DNA of 64,000 bases from contig QCMR01000001.1 of NCBI GenBank assembly GCA_003213595.1, forward strand, positions 154,015 through 218,014. Reading direction: 5' to 3'. This stretch comes from SAR86 cluster bacterium AG-422-E19 (GTDB taxonomy: Bacteria > Pseudomonadota > Gammaproteobacteria > Magnimaribacterales > AG-339-G14). The translations under genes and the position numbers were made by a program. Each line of letters starts with the position of its first letter. Positions within the stretch are counted from its first letter, which is position 1. Under the pieces are notes generated by a model. It saw only the letters and a program-made list of their open reading frames with translations, did no database searches and was not told the origin of the DNA. Shown here one piece after another: positions 19,630 through 28,982 of this stretch.

Positions 19630-19743
19630 ATGGATTGTGGCTGCGGAAGAAGTCCAACGGGCAAATGTATCGGTTGGCACAAACTTTCAGAAGAAAAATA
19701 CGCGGAAGCTTTGAAAAAATATAAAGCTAAAGAAGCTAACTAG
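19630..19743 (+). CDS. 37-aa CDGSH-like Cys3-His microprotein (not in ORF track)
   Basis: MDCGCGRSPTGKCIGWHKLSEEKYAEALKKYKAKEAN*; AGGAG at 19618-19622, 7 nt before ATG; fills the gap between neighbours. Confidence 0.8.
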   Translation: MDCGCGRSPTGKCIGWHKLSEEKYAEALKKYKAKEAN

Positions 19744-20033
19744 TTTTTTTCTTCAATTAATAATTTGAGCTTGGTGGTTGAACCTCCAGTCCCGCTATAC
19801 CCTCCTATTGAGCCGTCTGATCTTATTGCTCTGTGACAGGGTATTTTTATAGGATAAGGATTTTTTCCACAAGCGTTTGCAACAGCTCTTGCGGCTTTGG
19901 GATTACCGATTGCATTAGCAATTTCTTTATATGATCTTGTTTCCCCTTTTGGGATCTTTAGCAATTCTTGCCAAACTTTTTTTTGAAAGGTTGTTCCTTC
20001 CAAGTTTAAAAATATTTTGTCCTTTATCTCCAA
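19740..20033 (-). CDS. Methylated-DNA-protein-cysteine methyltransferase (C-terminal domain only)
   Basis: GTTFQKKVW, IPKGETRSY, ARAVANA, IPCHR active site; TTG start. Confidence 0.88.
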   Translation of the reverse strand: MEIKDKIFLNLEGTTFQKKVWQELLKIPKGETRSYKEIANAIGNPKAARAVANACGKNPYPIKIPCHRAIRSDGSIGGYSGTGGSTTKLKLLIEEKN

Positions 20034-20752
20034 AAATCTTTAACCCAAGGAGTCGGTAATACCTTTCGGTACCACTTACCACTTTTACCTGCAATGGCCT
20101 CCGGAGGGTTTGGCTTTCCATGGAAGATAACAATTCTTGTGTTTTCTGGTAATTCAGGTGGATAAAAAAATTGTTTAAATCCTTTGTGAATGCAATGCTT
20201 TTTAAAGCTCTTACACCAATCTTCAGGCCAGTAGCTCAACAGATTTTTTTTATCCATAAAAGCGGACAAATATTCTTGTTCGTTTCTGTGTTTATTCTTT
20301 ATATCAGTAAAATTATTTTTGAAATTTTCAATTACGTCTATGTGTTGACCTATCTCAAATCTATAAACTGAACTGTTGCCAGTAACATCTTTTCTGATGA
20401 AATCCTTGATTATTAAAAAATCACCTTCGATCTCAAAAAGCTCATCTAAGCTTCCTGTGATGATTAAATCTAAATCTAAAAAAAGAGCTTTTCCCTCTAA
20501 ATCTCCTAAAGTTTTTGAAAAAGTTGTAAGTTTAAGCCAGCCTCTTTCAGGAATGTTATTTGGTAAATTTAAACTTGGAAGATCGAAAACTTCTACTTGT
20601 TCGTTTATACCTTTTGGATCGTCAGTGAAGCAAACAAACCGAAAAGGGATGCTTAAATTTCTTGAAACCATATTAAATAATATGTTCACGTAATCTGCTG
20701 AGTATTTATCCCCCCACTTCATACAAATAACGTTATTGAGAGGAGCTGTCAT
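20024..20752 (-). CDS. GT-A fold glycosyltransferase-like protein
   Basis: ICMKWGDKY, FVCFTD, FLDLD (DxD), NSSV, FHGKPNP. Confidence 0.75.
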   Translation of the reverse strand: MTAPLNNVICMKWGDKYSADYVNILFNMVSRNLSIPFRFVCFTDDPKGINEQVEVFDLPSLNLPNNIPERGWLKLTTFSKTLGDLEGKALFLDLDLIITGSLDELFEIEGDFLIIKDFIRKDVTGNSSVYRFEIGQHIDVIENFKNNFTDIKNKHRNEQEYLSAFMDKKNLLSYWPEDWCKSFKKHCIHKGFKQFFYPPELPENTRIVIFHGKPNPPEAIAGKSGKWYRKVLPTPWVKDFWR

Positions 20753-21012
20753 CCAGATTTATCTAGCTTTTCTATAATTTCTATTACTTCATGAGCCCAA
20801 TTTCCAATGATGGGAATAAATTCAAACTGAGCAAGTATTTGTATAAAGATAGTTACTAACACTGTGGCGCCAACAACAGAGCCAAGACCAATCGCCAAAC
20901 CACGCAATAGGTTGTAATACATGAACTTCCATGCAGATTCATGAATTTTCATGAAATTGTGATCTTTTAACTCTTCCAAAGCGTCAGCAAGTCTTTTTTG
21001 GTCGTCTTCCAT
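20749..21012 (-). CDS. DUF5665-like small membrane protein
   Basis: LLRGLAIGLGSVVGAT, IPIIG. Confidence 0.7.
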   Translation of the reverse strand: MEDDQKRLADALEELKDHNFMKIHESAWKFMYYNLLRGLAIGLGSVVGATVLVTIFIQILAQFEFIPIIGNWAHEVIEIIEKLDKSG

Positions 21013-21090
21013 TTTTCCCCCTAAAGTGAGCAGCTTGAATTCTTAAGAGGTAAGATTATAAAGTATTAATAAGTAAAAATTAGATCGAAG

Positions 21091-21687
21091 ATGAAAAAAA
21101 TTGAGTATTACCTAGATTGCAGCAGTCCTTGGACCTACCTTTCGTTTAGGGGAATTTTGGAACTTAAAAAAAATAAAGAATTTGAAATTATTTGGAAGCC
21201 CATATTGGTTGGAGGAATATTCAATTCAACAAACCCTAGCGTCTATGAAAGTAGAAAAAATCCAGTTAAAGAAAAATTGGAATATTCTCAAAAGGACATG
21301 GCTGATTGGGCAAAACAAAGGAACATTGTTTTCAACTGGCCAAAAATCTTTCCAATCAATAGCGTAAAGTCTATGCGCGGTGCTTTTTACTTTATTGATA
21401 AAAGCAAAGATATAGAGGAATACTTAGAAAAAGTTTTTAAAGCTTATTGGACAGAAGGTAAGGACATTTCAAGCGATGCTTGTTTGAATGAAATTGTCAC
21501 TTCTCTATCGATAAAAGCTGATGATTTCTTAGAATTTATTGCATTACCAGAAACCAAAGAAAGACTTGTAAAAAACACACAAGAATTAATGGATCGTAAA
21601 GGTTTTGGTTCGCCAACTTTCTTTTTAGAAAAAGAAGACATGTATTTCGGTAACGATAGAATTCAGCTTATCGAAAAAAAATTATAG
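21091..21687 (+). CDS. DsbA-fold 2-hydroxychromene-2-carboxylate isomerase / GST-kappa family
   Basis: DCSSPWTY, PILVGGIF, GFGSPTF, YFGNDR. Confidence 0.88.
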   Translation: MKKIEYYLDCSSPWTYLSFRGILELKKNKEFEIIWKPILVGGIFNSTNPSVYESRKNPVKEKLEYSQKDMADWAKQRNIVFNWPKIFPINSVKSMRGAFYFIDKSKDIEEYLEKVFKAYWTEGKDISSDACLNEIVTSLSIKADDFLEFIALPETKERLVKNTQELMDRKGFGSPTFFLEKEDMYFGNDRIQLIEKKL

Positions 21688-21690
21688 GAT

Positions 21691-22425
21691 TTATTTTTTT
21701 TCTTTTTTCTTTGCCATTTCAGCAATGCTTTTGGCATCTTGTTTAAACATGGTCTTTAAACTTTCTTTAGAAATGCCTTCACCAAAATTTCTTGCTTCCT
21801 TGCCCACATCAATTCCTCTGCGAACAGCAGGCCTGGCTTTTATTGCATCAAACCATCTACGGACGTTCGCGAATAAATCCAAATTTACTTTATATCTTTT
21901 ATAGGCAGTTACCCAAGGAAAAGATGCCATGTCGGCAATGGAATAATCGCCAGCTAGGTATTCTCGCTCATTCAGAATTCTATCCATTACGCCAAGCAAT
22001 CTATCGTATTCATTTTTATATCTTTCTTCTGAGTAAGAATGATCTCCCGGAAAATTTGGTGCGTAGTTAACGAAATGACTTACTTGGCCAGCCATAGGTC
22101 CTAAACCGCCCACTTGCCAAAACAACCACTCTAAAACCTTTTCTCTCTCTGGAGATTTTTGGGAGAAAAATTTTCCAGCTTTTTCTCCCAGGTACATCAA
22201 TATGGCTCCGGACTCAAAAATGCTCATTGGCTCTCCATTAATAATATTTTCGTGATCTACAATCACAGGCATTCTATTGTTTGGACTAATTCTTAAAAAT
22301 TCTGGGGTAAATTGATCGCCTTTGCCAAGATTTACCGGTACGACCTGATAATCCATTTCACATTCTTCAAGCATAATGGATATTTTCCAGCCATTAGGGG
22401 TTGGAGCATAATATAAATCTATCAT
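21691..22425 (-). CDS. Glutathione S-transferase, YfcG/YghU (nu) class
   Basis: PTPNGWK, SPNNRMP, FESGAIL, GLGPMAGQ. Confidence 0.9.
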   Translation of the reverse strand: MIDLYYAPTPNGWKISIMLEECEMDYQVVPVNLGKGDQFTPEFLRISPNNRMPVIVDHENIINGEPMSIFESGAILMYLGEKAGKFFSQKSPEREKVLEWLFWQVGGLGPMAGQVSHFVNYAPNFPGDHSYSEERYKNEYDRLLGVMDRILNEREYLAGDYSIADMASFPWVTAYKRYKVNLDLFANVRRWFDAIKARPAVRRGIDVGKEARNFGEGISKESLKTMFKQDAKSIAEMAKKKEKK

Positions 22426-22426
22426 C

Positions 22427-23626
22427 TTAAGATTCGATTATAGGAAGTTTTTGCAAGCCTAAAGCTTCTCTATAGGTATTATGATAATGATGCAAAGCTG
22501 GTTCGTTTCTTCCAAAAGTTAGAAAATCAATGTTGCCAGATTTCAGTCCTTTGTGAGAAGAAGCGGCAACAACATAATCTTCATCTCTGATAACACTACC
22601 AAAAGCACTATATAGTTCTTCTAAAGGATTTTGACCGGTTTCTGGAGAAACCCCCATCTTGTCTGCCATTTCTATGGCTTCAGGATAAAAATAAAATGAA
22701 ATCTTTGAAATGCTTTTATGAGGCGAATTTTCTAAAGGATATTCCCTAACAAGAAAAGCTCCTTCTGGTGTAGGCATGAAGATGATATTGGGAAATAAAT
22801 AGTAAACCGGCAAAGTTCCAGTCGTTATATTCCAATCTTCTTCAGGTAGTTTTCTCATTTCGTCTATATCTCTCTTGCAAAGTATCAACCTGCCATTCCT
22901 TTCGAAACTGTCAAACATTTGACAATTGCCATGAAAAGATTGAAAAAGAGAATCTTTGTGTAAGACAGAAAAATGATAAGTTTCGCCAAACGTATCGATT
23001 GCTAATTTCCAATTCATATCAGTTTTGTATTCTTCCTCATTTGAAAGAACCAACTTATCAAAGTTCCAAGCAGCGAATTCTTTTTCAAGTTTATCGCCAA
23101 GTAAAGCTTTTAAATCTATTTTGCCGTCTGCTTTAGGGTGAACCCACAAGAAGCCATACTTTTCTAAACAAGGTAGTTCGGTTAACCCGTAACAATCTTT
23201 ATCAATTTTGCCAAACTGATCGCTTTTGGGATATCCAACTAAAGATCCTTTATTATCAAATGTCCAGCCGTGAAAAGGACAAGAAAACTTTGACTTTAAG
23301 CCTTTTTTTTCAGTTTCGATTTGAGCGCCTCGATGAGAACATACATTGGCGAAAGCTTTAAATTTACCATCACCATCTCTAGTGGCAATAATTGGGGAGC
23401 CAAAATCTTCAATCGTTAGAAAGCTATTGGGTTCTGCGAGATCTCCTGACATACCAATTATTTGTGGATAATCTTGAAAAAAAGAATTCCATTCAAGATC
23501 AAACCTTTCTTCTGAAGTATAGGTCTCTGCTGGAGTTTTGATGATTCCTCCGGCATCAACATTAGTTTTTGCATCTAAGTGATTTAATAAACCCTTCAAA
23601 AGCCTTGTTTGTTCCTGCTTAAGCAT
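22427..23626 (-). CDS. Rieske non-heme iron oxygenase alpha subunit
   Basis: CSHRG...CPFHGW Rieske ligands; NWK, ETYHFSVLH, ED mononuclear Fe site. Confidence 0.9.
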   Translation of the reverse strand: MLKQEQTRLLKGLLNHLDAKTNVDAGGIIKTPAETYTSEERFDLEWNSFFQDYPQIIGMSGDLAEPNSFLTIEDFGSPIIATRDGDGKFKAFANVCSHRGAQIETEKKGLKSKFSCPFHGWTFDNKGSLVGYPKSDQFGKIDKDCYGLTELPCLEKYGFLWVHPKADGKIDLKALLGDKLEKEFAAWNFDKLVLSNEEEYKTDMNWKLAIDTFGETYHFSVLHKDSLFQSFHGNCQMFDSFERNGRLILCKRDIDEMRKLPEEDWNITTGTLPVYYLFPNIIFMPTPEGAFLVREYPLENSPHKSISKISFYFYPEAIEMADKMGVSPETGQNPLEELYSAFGSVIRDEDYVVAASSHKGLKSGNIDFLTFGRNEPALHHYHNTYREALGLQKLPIIES

Positions 23627-23632
23627 TTAAAA

Positions 23633-23661
23633 ATGATAATAATTTTTATTTGATTTGCCAA
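23633..23661 (-). promoter_or_regulatory. Putative sigma70 promoter of Rieske gene (probably leaderless)
   Basis: Minus strand TTGGCA-17 bp-TATCAT, 6 nt before ATG. Confidence 0.5.
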
Positions 23662-23686
23662 ATTTAAGACTGTGAAAAGAATAGTC

Positions 23687-24496
23687 TTATGGCTTTTTGA
23701 ATAGCAGAGTCATTCTGTCGCTTTCTCCGATAGCAACATATTTGTCCTGATTTTTTTCTTTAAGCCTCAAAGAAGGCGGTAAAGTCCAAACTCCTTTTGG
23801 ATGGTTTTTTGTATCTTTAGGATTAGCATTTATTTCAGATCTAGAAACTAACTTGAAACCATGTTTTTCTGCAATTTCGATCGCATGGTCTTCAGTAACA
23901 TAGCCGCTTTTTTTCATATCTTTCATTGAAGTACCTTTCGCGGCTCTATGCTCAACAACACCAAAAATTCCTCCTGATTTAAGCGCCGCAAAAGTGTTTG
24001 AAAAAACTTTGTCCATCATTGGCCCAAGCCAGTTATGGAGGTTTCTAAAAGTAAGAACCGCATCTACCGATCCAGGCTCTGAAAGTTTAGAAGTTAAATC
24101 TACTATCTTTACTTTGTTATAGATTGCTTCAGAACCAATTTTTTTCTCGAAATTTAATCTGCTTTTTTTTAAATAATTATTTGATGAGTTTCTGTCAAAA
24201 TGCGCTGCAATCAAGGTTCCTGAATTATCTAGATAACTAGCTAAAATTTCAGTGTACCAACCTCCGCCAGGAGAGAGCTCTACAACAGTCATAGATGGTT
24301 CTAGTTCAAAAAAAGACAATGTCTCGTAAGGATTTCGATAAATGTCTCTTGATGTATTTTTTAAATCACGAAACTCGCTACTGACTGCTTTCTGTAAAGG
24401 GTCTGCTGAAAGAGAAAAACTAAAAAATAATATAAAGAGTATAAAAAAATCTTTAGAAGAAAAGTTTTTATTTAATTTAGGCTTCGTGACAATCAC
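23687..24496 (-). CDS. Class I SAM-dependent methyltransferase with signal-like peptide (COG4798-like)
   Basis: RDIYRNP, ELSPGGGWYT, LTFRNLHNW, EINANPKD, GESDRMTL; start uncertain. Confidence 0.8.
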   Translation of the reverse strand: MIVTKPKLNKNFSSKDFFILFILFFSFSLSADPLQKAVSSEFRDLKNTSRDIYRNPYETLSFFELEPSMTVVELSPGGGWYTEILASYLDNSGTLIAAHFDRNSSNNYLKKSRLNFEKKIGSEAIYNKVKIVDLTSKLSEPGSVDAVLTFRNLHNWLGPMMDKVFSNTFAALKSGGIFGVVEHRAAKGTSMKDMKKSGYVTEDHAIEIAEKHGFKLVSRSEINANPKDTKNHPKGVWTLPPSLRLKEKNQDKYVAIGESDRMTLLFKKP

Positions 24497-24872
24497 AATC
24501 TAATTCTTTACAAATCTGATGATTTTTATAATGGGCATAGATAACAAATAAAGAACCTAAGACCGTAAGAGACTTTTCTCCGATCTCACCAAAAATACTT
24601 GCCGTTAATACCGCGAAAACTAGAACAGATAGTCCGAAGATGCCTAAAAGAAAATAAGACAACTTATCGTGATTTAAATAGCCTTTAACTAACGCATAGG
24701 CGCTCACTGGAGCAGCGGCAAATAAAATTGCGTAGTGCACAAATTCATTGTTTAAAGAAAAAGAAACGATCCACGAAGACAAAATCAGAAAAGAAGGCAT
24801 AAACAGGCAATGCAATACACAAATTGTCGACAATGATATTGCTAGTTTGTCTGTAAAAAGTTGCAGGTTCAT
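24477..24872 (-). CDS. MerC-domain membrane protein
   Basis: DKLAISLSTICVLHC, 4 TMs, Cys/His-rich tail CKELDCDCHEA. Confidence 0.8.
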   Translation of the reverse strand: MNLQLFTDKLAISLSTICVLHCLFMPSFLILSSWIVSFSLNNEFVHYAILFAAAPVSAYALVKGYLNHDKLSYFLLGIFGLSVLVFAVLTASIFGEIGEKSLTVLGSLFVIYAHYKNHQICKELDCDCHEA

Positions 24873-24925
24873 AAATTCTCTCAGGAGGTGCAGTCTAAAT
24901 AAAAAAAACCATCGTTACAATTTAT

Positions 24926-25291
24926 TTATATCCCCAAAAAAGCAAAAACAGCAGTTCCTCCCATCAAATATGCTCCTGGCAGTTTCAACAAGACTCTATG
25001 TTTCCCTGCTCCTAAAAAAAGGAATAAAGCTGTGCCAGCTAGATTTATGCCGATTATTGGGTAGACAATAAAATAAGCATTAGGAGAGAAAGCAACGAAA
25101 GCCAAAGATACAGAACTAAAAATTAAAAAGATCGTAAAAACATGCCATGAAACTAAACTTAATGATTTTGAAACATCAGGTAAATTACTTGAATTTATAT
25201 TTACAATATATTTTTTGTGTCCAACTATCCCATGAAATAAAGCGCCAATTAAAGATAAAGAGGCTCCAGCAATGAGATACCAAAAATTCAC
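24926..25291 (-). CDS. Hypothetical membrane protein
   Basis: GTG start, 4 TMs, FHG..G and SWH motifs. Confidence 0.65.
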   Translation of the reverse strand: MNFWYLIAGASLSLIGALFHGIVGHKKYIVNINSSNLPDVSKSLSLVSWHVFTIFLIFSSVSLAFVAFSPNAYFIVYPIIGINLAGTALFLFLGAGKHRVLLKLPGAYLMGGTAVFAFLGI

Positions 25292-25295
25292 CTAA

Positions 25296-25817
25296 TTAAA
25301 CCAGGCTGCTGTCGATGAGCACTGCAATCAACAAAGCGGGCTCATCGCCATGATTTACCCAAGCATGATTGGTTCTTCTTTGCACAACGACATCATGAGG
25401 CTTTAACTTAACTTCTTCTTCATCAAGAATCAGACTTACATCGCCCTTCAATAGAATGATGTAATCAATTGTGTCGGTTTCATGCATGGCAGCATTTCTA
25501 GAAGTATCTACTCTGTGATGAGCAGCGCCAATTTTTTCGAAAGCTTCAGCTGTTGCTGCTTCAATCGCTTCTTGAGGAATTCCTTCTGGCATGGGATTTA
25601 TCTGAAAATACCTAAACTTGGTTCCGCTTTTAACAGGCGAGAGAAGAATATCTATATCCGCACGATCCGTTTTTGATTTTGTATCAAATCCAGATCCATC
25701 CGTATTCCAAATCTCAAACAAACCTCCTGCTTCTTCGCCGATTGATCTTGCTGGGGGACCATCTATTGAAATTACTGATTTTCCCTCTTCATTGTGGCCA
25801 GTGATAATTCTTCTCAT
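25296..25817 (-). CDS. Cupin domain protein
   Basis: RRIITGH, MHETDTIDY, VVQR.TNHAW. Confidence 0.85.
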   Translation of the reverse strand: MRRIITGHNEEGKSVISIDGPPARSIGEEAGGLFEIWNTDGSGFDTKSKTDRADIDILLSPVKSGTKFRYFQINPMPEGIPQEAIEAATAEAFEKIGAAHHRVDTSRNAAMHETDTIDYIILLKGDVSLILDEEEVKLKPHDVVVQRRTNHAWVNHGDEPALLIAVLIDSSLV

Positions 25818-25821
25818 GTCT

Positions 25822-27453
25822 TTAGGAAGCGGAAGCTTGGTTGATTAAATCAGCAGCTTTTTCAGCAATCATGATCGATGGTGCATTGGTATTTCCTCCA
25901 ATTAGAGTAGGCATAATCGATGCATCTACAACTCTAAGGTTTTCCACGCCTTTGACTTTTAGATGATCATCGACAACGGCCATGTCGTCATCGCCCATCT
26001 TGCACGTTCCTACAGGATGATACAAAGTCTCACCAGTATTTCTAACCCATTCATCAACTTCATCGTCATTGTCTACGTTCAAATCTGGGCCTGGCTTGGA
26101 TTGTTCTCCACGATATTCATCAAATGCAGGTTGTAAGAATACCTTTCTGGATTCCCTAAAAGCATTTCTTGTATCAATCACATCTTGCTCTTCAGAAAGA
26201 TAATTAGGAAACATCAGAGGCGCTTCACTTGGATCAGCACTTTTGAGTTCCAAATGTCCTCTGCTTTGTGGTCTTAAAATACAAATTACCGCACTAAACC
26301 CATGATTTTCATCAATGCCTTCCCTGCCGTGAAGATCGGGCGAATGGAAAGAGGCATAATGAATTTGCGTATCAGGTATATCCTTTTCTGGACTGGACTT
26401 AATGAAGGCTCCAGCGCTTGTTGGCGGGAAGGCTGCGTCTCCAGTTCCAAAGAGTAAGTATTTCAAACCAGATAGCTGAGTTTTTACAAAGCTAGCTGAT
26501 CTATGCAGGGTCACAGGCTTTGTGCAATTGAATGAATTTACGACAGCATAGTGATCTTGTAAGTTTTTTCCAACACCTTTGAGTTCGTGAACCGTTGTTA
26601 TGCCGTGTTTTGATAAATCTACAGAATCTCCAATGCCGCTATTCATCAAAATTTGAGGGGAGTTTATTGCACCAGCGGAAAGAATGACTTCCTTATTTGC
26701 TTTTGCCGATAAAGTTTTGCCTTTATGGAGGTACTCTACGCCAATGGCCTTTTTGCCCTCAAACAACACTTTATTCACTTGAACATTCGTTTCGGCAGTA
26801 AGATTTTTTCTATTCAAAGCAGGATGCAAATACGCTCGAGCAGAGCTCCATCTTCTAGGGCCCCATTTAGTGTCACTCATAGTATGTTCGTATCTAGAAA
26901 ATCCTTCTTGATTCTCGCCATTAAAATCGTTTGTATAAGGAAAACCTGCCTGTTGTCCCGCTTCGACAAAAACGTCTAATAATTCATCATCGGTCCTTTC
27001 AGACTTTTTTACATGCAGAGGTCCATTGAATCCATGAAAATCTTTATCTCCTTCTCCATTGAAAGATTCTGCTTTTTTGAAATATGGAAGAACATCATCA
27101 TAAGCCCAACCGCCGTTACCCATTTGTCTCCATAAGTCATAGTCGTGTGAATGTCCTCTGATATAGACCATGGCATTTATTGAAGACGAGCCGCCCCAGC
27201 CTCTTCCTCTTGGCCAATAAAGCTGTCTATTATTGGTTGTTGGTTCTGGTTCCGTTTCAAAACCATAATTCAAATTGCTTTTAGTTGGAACAATCTGAGA
27301 ATAACCTGAAGGCATGTGAATGAACATGTTTTTATCCTTGCCACCTGCCTCTAAAATTAATACCGAATTGTTGCCATTTTCTGAAAGCCTGTTGGCCATC
27401 ACACATCCAGAGCTTCCAGCTCCAACAATCACATAATCAAAAGTCTTTTCCAT
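25822..27453 (-). CDS. GMC oxidoreductase (choline dehydrogenase-like)
   Basis: [38 protein letters not shown] 27453 preceded by AGGAG. Confidence 0.92.
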   Translation of the reverse strand: MEKTFDYVIVGAGSSGCVMANRLSENGNNSVLILEAGGKDKNMFIHMPSGYSQIVPTKSNLNYGFETEPEPTTNNRQLYWPRGRGWGGSSSINAMVYIRGHSHDYDLWRQMGNGGWAYDDVLPYFKKAESFNGEGDKDFHGFNGPLHVKKSERTDDELLDVFVEAGQQAGFPYTNDFNGENQEGFSRYEHTMSDTKWGPRRWSSARAYLHPALNRKNLTAETNVQVNKVLFEGKKAIGVEYLHKGKTLSAKANKEVILSAGAINSPQILMNSGIGDSVDLSKHGITTVHELKGVGKNLQDHYAVVNSFNCTKPVTLHRSASFVKTQLSGLKYLLFGTGDAAFPPTSAGAFIKSSPEKDIPDTQIHYASFHSPDLHGREGIDENHGFSAVICILRPQSRGHLELKSADPSEAPLMFPNYLSEEQDVIDTRNAFRESRKVFLQPAFDEYRGEQSKPGPDLNVDNDDEVDEWVRNTGETLYHPVGTCKMGDDDMAVVDDHLKVKGVENLRVVDASIMPTLIGGNTNAPSIMIAEKAADLINQASAS

Positions 27454-27519
27454 AGTTTCTCTCCTCAAAAGAGATTATCAATAGGAAAAAATATGTGCAA
27501 TAGATTAATTCAGAACTTT

Positions 27520-28167
27520 TTATATGAAGTCTTTGTAATCAAAGTAATTGATGCCTGCTTTTGGTTGCAGAGAATTTTTAACAACTGCGACAGAGAGTTT
27601 TTCAGCAGAAATGCTTCTAAATTTTTTCAAAGAACCAAGTAAGAAAGGATCAAAGATTAAAGATACTGCATCAGCCAAGAGAATATCCACCCTGAACTTA
27701 TTTCCTGTGAGATGGCCTGGTTGAAAAATATTGGTACTTTCAAAACCAAGTTTGATTATTTCCTCTTCAAGCATACCCTTGGTTTTAAGATAATAATTCC
27801 AAGAATTTGAATCGGCTGCTACTGCCGAAATAAGAGAAATATTTTTCGCACCTGCTTCTCTGGCTTTTTTGGCTAGTTCTAACTGATAGGTAAAATCTAC
27901 CAAGAAAAAATCTTTTTTCAGGCTTGCGCTCATTAGCCCCATCACATTGTAGTAAATCAAAGGATACCCCATGGATAGGTAGACATGGTCAATATCCAGA
28001 AGCCTCAATCCTTCAAGATTATCAAAATCAATTATTAATTCTTCTGCATCATCTGGCAGATTAGAAACGGGTCTTCTGCCTAGAGCTATAGTTGGGCTTT
28101 TGTTAAAACCTAGTTCTTTGAGAATGTTATTTCCAAGGAATCCTGTTGAGCCTGCAAGTAAATTCAT
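27520..28167 (-). CDS. NAD(P)-binding Rossmann protein, TIP30/YraR-like
   Basis: AGSTGFLG, VDFTY, YLKTKG. Confidence 0.75.
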   Translation of the reverse strand: MNLLAGSTGFLGNNILKELGFNKSPTIALGRRPVSNLPDDAEELIIDFDNLEGLRLLDIDHVYLSMGYPLIYYNVMGLMSASLKKDFFLVDFTYQLELAKKAREAGAKNISLISAVAADSNSWNYYLKTKGMLEEEIIKLGFESTNIFQPGHLTGNKFRVDILLADAVSLIFDPFLLGSLKKFRSISAEKLSVAVVKNSLQPKAGINYFDYKDFI

Positions 28168-28174
28168 TTTTGAT

Positions 28175-28573
28175 CTAAAAAAATGTAATCCCTAAGGCTG
28201 GAACAATTAATCCAAGAAAACCAATAAAAGTTAATGACATGCCGCCAATCCTTAAGAATCCATTTTTCTTCATAAATGAAAATGCTATGCCATGCATCAG
28301 TCTGCCCAAAGTAAAAATAATCCCACATGCATAAAGTAATGTTTTCGATGCATCGCTTAATTCAAGTGCCAACATTAATATCAAAAATAAAGGGGCATAC
28401 TCAATCAAATTTCCATGCCCCCGAATAGCTCTTTCTAAGTCTTTTGGATCGATTTGTCTGTCAGGTTTATGAAAAGACTTCGTAACTGGGCTGCCTCTAA
28501 GATCTAAAACCCTTACAGCAAGAACTATCATGAATACAGATAATACTGTGGTGAAAAGAAGAGTTACTTCCAT
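28175..28573 (-). CDS. MAPEG family protein
   Basis: RGHGNLIEYAP, GRLMHG. Confidence 0.85.
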   Translation of the reverse strand: MEVTLLFTTVLSVFMIVLAVRVLDLRGSPVTKSFHKPDRQIDPKDLERAIRGHGNLIEYAPLFLILMLALELSDASKTLLYACGIIFTLGRLMHGIAFSFMKKNGFLRIGGMSLTFIGFLGLIVPALGITFF

Positions 28574-28579
28574 GATGCT

Positions 28580-28969
28580 TTACTCGATAACTTTTACTTC
28601 AATAATCTCAGAAACAAGAGGAGGATTATGGGGTAGATGATATTTATCTCCTAAGATTAATTGAAGCTTGTGTCTACCTGGTGGCAAACTAAGTTTTGTT
28701 TCTGTTTGCCCTAAACCAAAATGTAAATGTTGTTTTGAGGATGGAATGGGCATCGAATAGTTAACTTCGTCTACATTTATTAATAGATGATGATGGCCGG
28801 TATTGTCGATATCTATTCCTGCAGGAGCAATGCCTTTGCCAGATAAGCCAAATTGAATAAGAAAAGGAGATTTTAATTCATCTCCATCTTTAAGGTTTAT
28901 GAAATAGACTTTTTCGGAAAACGCGTTAATTGAAAACAAAATTAGCAAGATTCTCAGGAATAGTTTCAT
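28580..28969 (-). CDS. DUF4399 domain secreted protein
   Basis: FGLSG...APAG, TGHHHLLI, HFGLGQTE, LPPG.H; signal peptide from ATG 28969. Confidence 0.85.
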   Translation of the reverse strand: MKLFLRILLILFSINAFSEKVYFINLKDGDELKSPFLIQFGLSGKGIAPAGIDIDNTGHHHLLINVDEVNYSMPIPSSKQHLHFGLGQTETKLSLPPGRHKLQLILGDKYHLPHNPPLVSEIIEVKVIE

Positions 28970-28982
28970 TTTTCTTCTATAT

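Noticed and set aside
19623..19693. Alternative start at ATG 19623 (MKYGLWLRKK...)
   Set aside because: ATG abuts the SD with no spacing and has no motif; the 19630 frame has proper spacing and a Cys3-His pattern.
23632..23650. Fur-box-like AATGATAATAATTTTTATT upstream of the Rieske gene
   Set aside because: Two mismatches to the 9-1-9 consensus in very AT-rich DNA, explained by the -10 element; Fur repression of an iron enzyme is not expected. Not excluded.
12722..24872. arsC and merC as a metal-resistance island
   Set aside because: 12 kb apart with no arsR/arsB/acr3/merA/merR or mobility genes.
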